From assembly GCA_016839585.1 (NCBI GenBank), contig JAEOTZ010000033.1, forward strand, positions 1 through 63,708: a stretch of DNA of 63,708 nt, read 5' to 3'. A program made the translations under genes and the position numbers. Below are positions 62,658 through 63,708 of this stretch, in pieces (position 1 is the first letter of the stretch; every line of letters begins with the position of its first letter). The notes under the pieces are model-generated. The model saw only the letters and a program-made list of their open reading frames with translations. It made no database searches and was not told the DNA's origin. The stretch is from Promethearchaeota archaeon (GTDB lineage Archaea; Asgardarchaeota; Lokiarchaeia; Sigyniarchaeales; SOKP01).

Positions 62658-63629
62658 TAAATGCCTTTTATCTTATAAAAATTTATTACTCTAATTTTGA
62701 GGAATTAGAACCAAATTGGAAAAGAAAGTAAAAACTTAAATAATAGTAGTCTATTATTGAATTGCCAGAAGGTAATTCAAAGACAGGTATAATTACTCTT
62801 TCATAATTTAATTTTGTATTCGGATAATAATATTATCTAAATAACTGAGGGGGGCAATTAATATAAAGATTGAAGTAATTGACAAGAAAAAAAATAAGAT
62901 ATATTATGTATCAGAAGATTTTAAAATCGAATATAAGGGTAAACAGATATCCCTTAAAGAACTCCAAACTGAAGAAAAAAAAATTATAAGTATAATATTC
63001 CAGGAAGATGGAACAATTGATATTTGTTATAAATAATGATAAGAAATAATTGAAATTTAAAGTAGACTAAATTCTAATTTTGATGAAAAAATCAGAATGT
63101 GAAGATTTAAAGATTTAGTCGGTTTAATTACTTTTGAATCTCTTTTTTTTTTCTTTTTTTACAGCAATTAGTTAAAATTGATCATTTTGGACATCAAAAT
63201 AAAGATTTAAATTTAGTGAGGTAATTATATAACTACCTATAAGGAATTTTATAAAAAATTCTATAAAAATCATGTTTTAATCAAACTACAGAATACTCTA
63301 AAAATAGAGGTGTAAAAAAATAGTTAAGAAAAAGAGAGAAAAGAAAAAGAAAGTGAAGCAAGAAGATAAAGAGGAAGAGAAGGAGGAAGTAAAAGAGGAA
63401 GAGAAAGAAGGAGAAAAGGAAGAATAATAATTACTTAAATGTAAGTCAATTTAAATTTCTCTCATTGTTTCCGAATAATCCTTGATTTTTCCATAATCTT
63501 AGTAAATATCCTAAAAAGAATGAAATTGCAATTTATTGAGTCAGATCCACAAAAATGTAAATGTTTGAATATTTGAATGTGTCTATAAAAATAGGGAAGA
63601 GAAATTTATTCTAAATTAATTTGAGCTAG

Positions 63630-63700
63630 CATTGGATTTCGCCCTCTATTAAACTCTATTGAGTTTAATCTCTCCCTGGTATTTTTATGTCTGTTCAGAT
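63630..63700 (+). ncRNA. Candidate structured RNA, copy D of the family (may extend beyond the window)
   Basis: GATTTCGCCCTC (shared with copy B) + hairpin ATTAAACTC/GAGTTTAAT + CTCTCCCTGGTATTTTTATGTC. Confidence 0.4.
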
Positions 63701-63708
63701 TTCTTTTC

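Larger units (their letters stand above)
6459..63708. mobile_element. Large accessory island or mosaic of integrated elements; left edge inside the pps gene, right edge not defined
   Basis: Housekeeping gene interrupted at the left edge. Cargo includes Cdc6, extra RadA/TFB, a pilus/VirB4-like module, defence-like cassettes and many gene fragments. No integrase seen in the window. Confidence 0.55.

Overview
Very AT-rich archaeal DNA, most likely from a Lokiarchaeia (Asgard) chromosome. This rests on aRF1, Get3, TFB, Cdc6, RadA, an intron-containing tRNA, Rab/Arf-like GTPases and longin-like proteins. Bases 1-6.5 kb are housekeeping: RPA-like fragment, initiator tRNA-Met with two introns, site-2 protease, NcsA, Get3 and aRF1. 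The phosphopantothenate synthetase gene breaks off mid-motif at ~6458, and the rest of the window is accessory, mobile-element-like DNA. That region holds: (i) a peptidase + dCTP deaminase cassette; (ii) a five-gene nuclease-like/SF1-helicase/PRTase operon; (iii) a retron-type reverse transcriptase with an msr/msd-like structured region downstream of it, followed by RadA, a metallophosphoesterase and a broken RNase HI; (iv) a Cdc6 replication module; (v) a Tad/type IV pilus + VirB4/HerA-like module, into which a type II Bil-like Ubl-E2-JAB-E1 cassette sits between ~143-bp direct repeats; (vi) three covarying 32-bp hairpin repeats that delimit small gene cassettes next to a tnpB remnant; and (vii) four dispersed intergenic structured elements sharing a CCCUGG(U)AUUUUU motif that resembles an Sm site. 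No integrase or CRISPR array was seen. All calls come from reading motifs by eye; no database searches were run.
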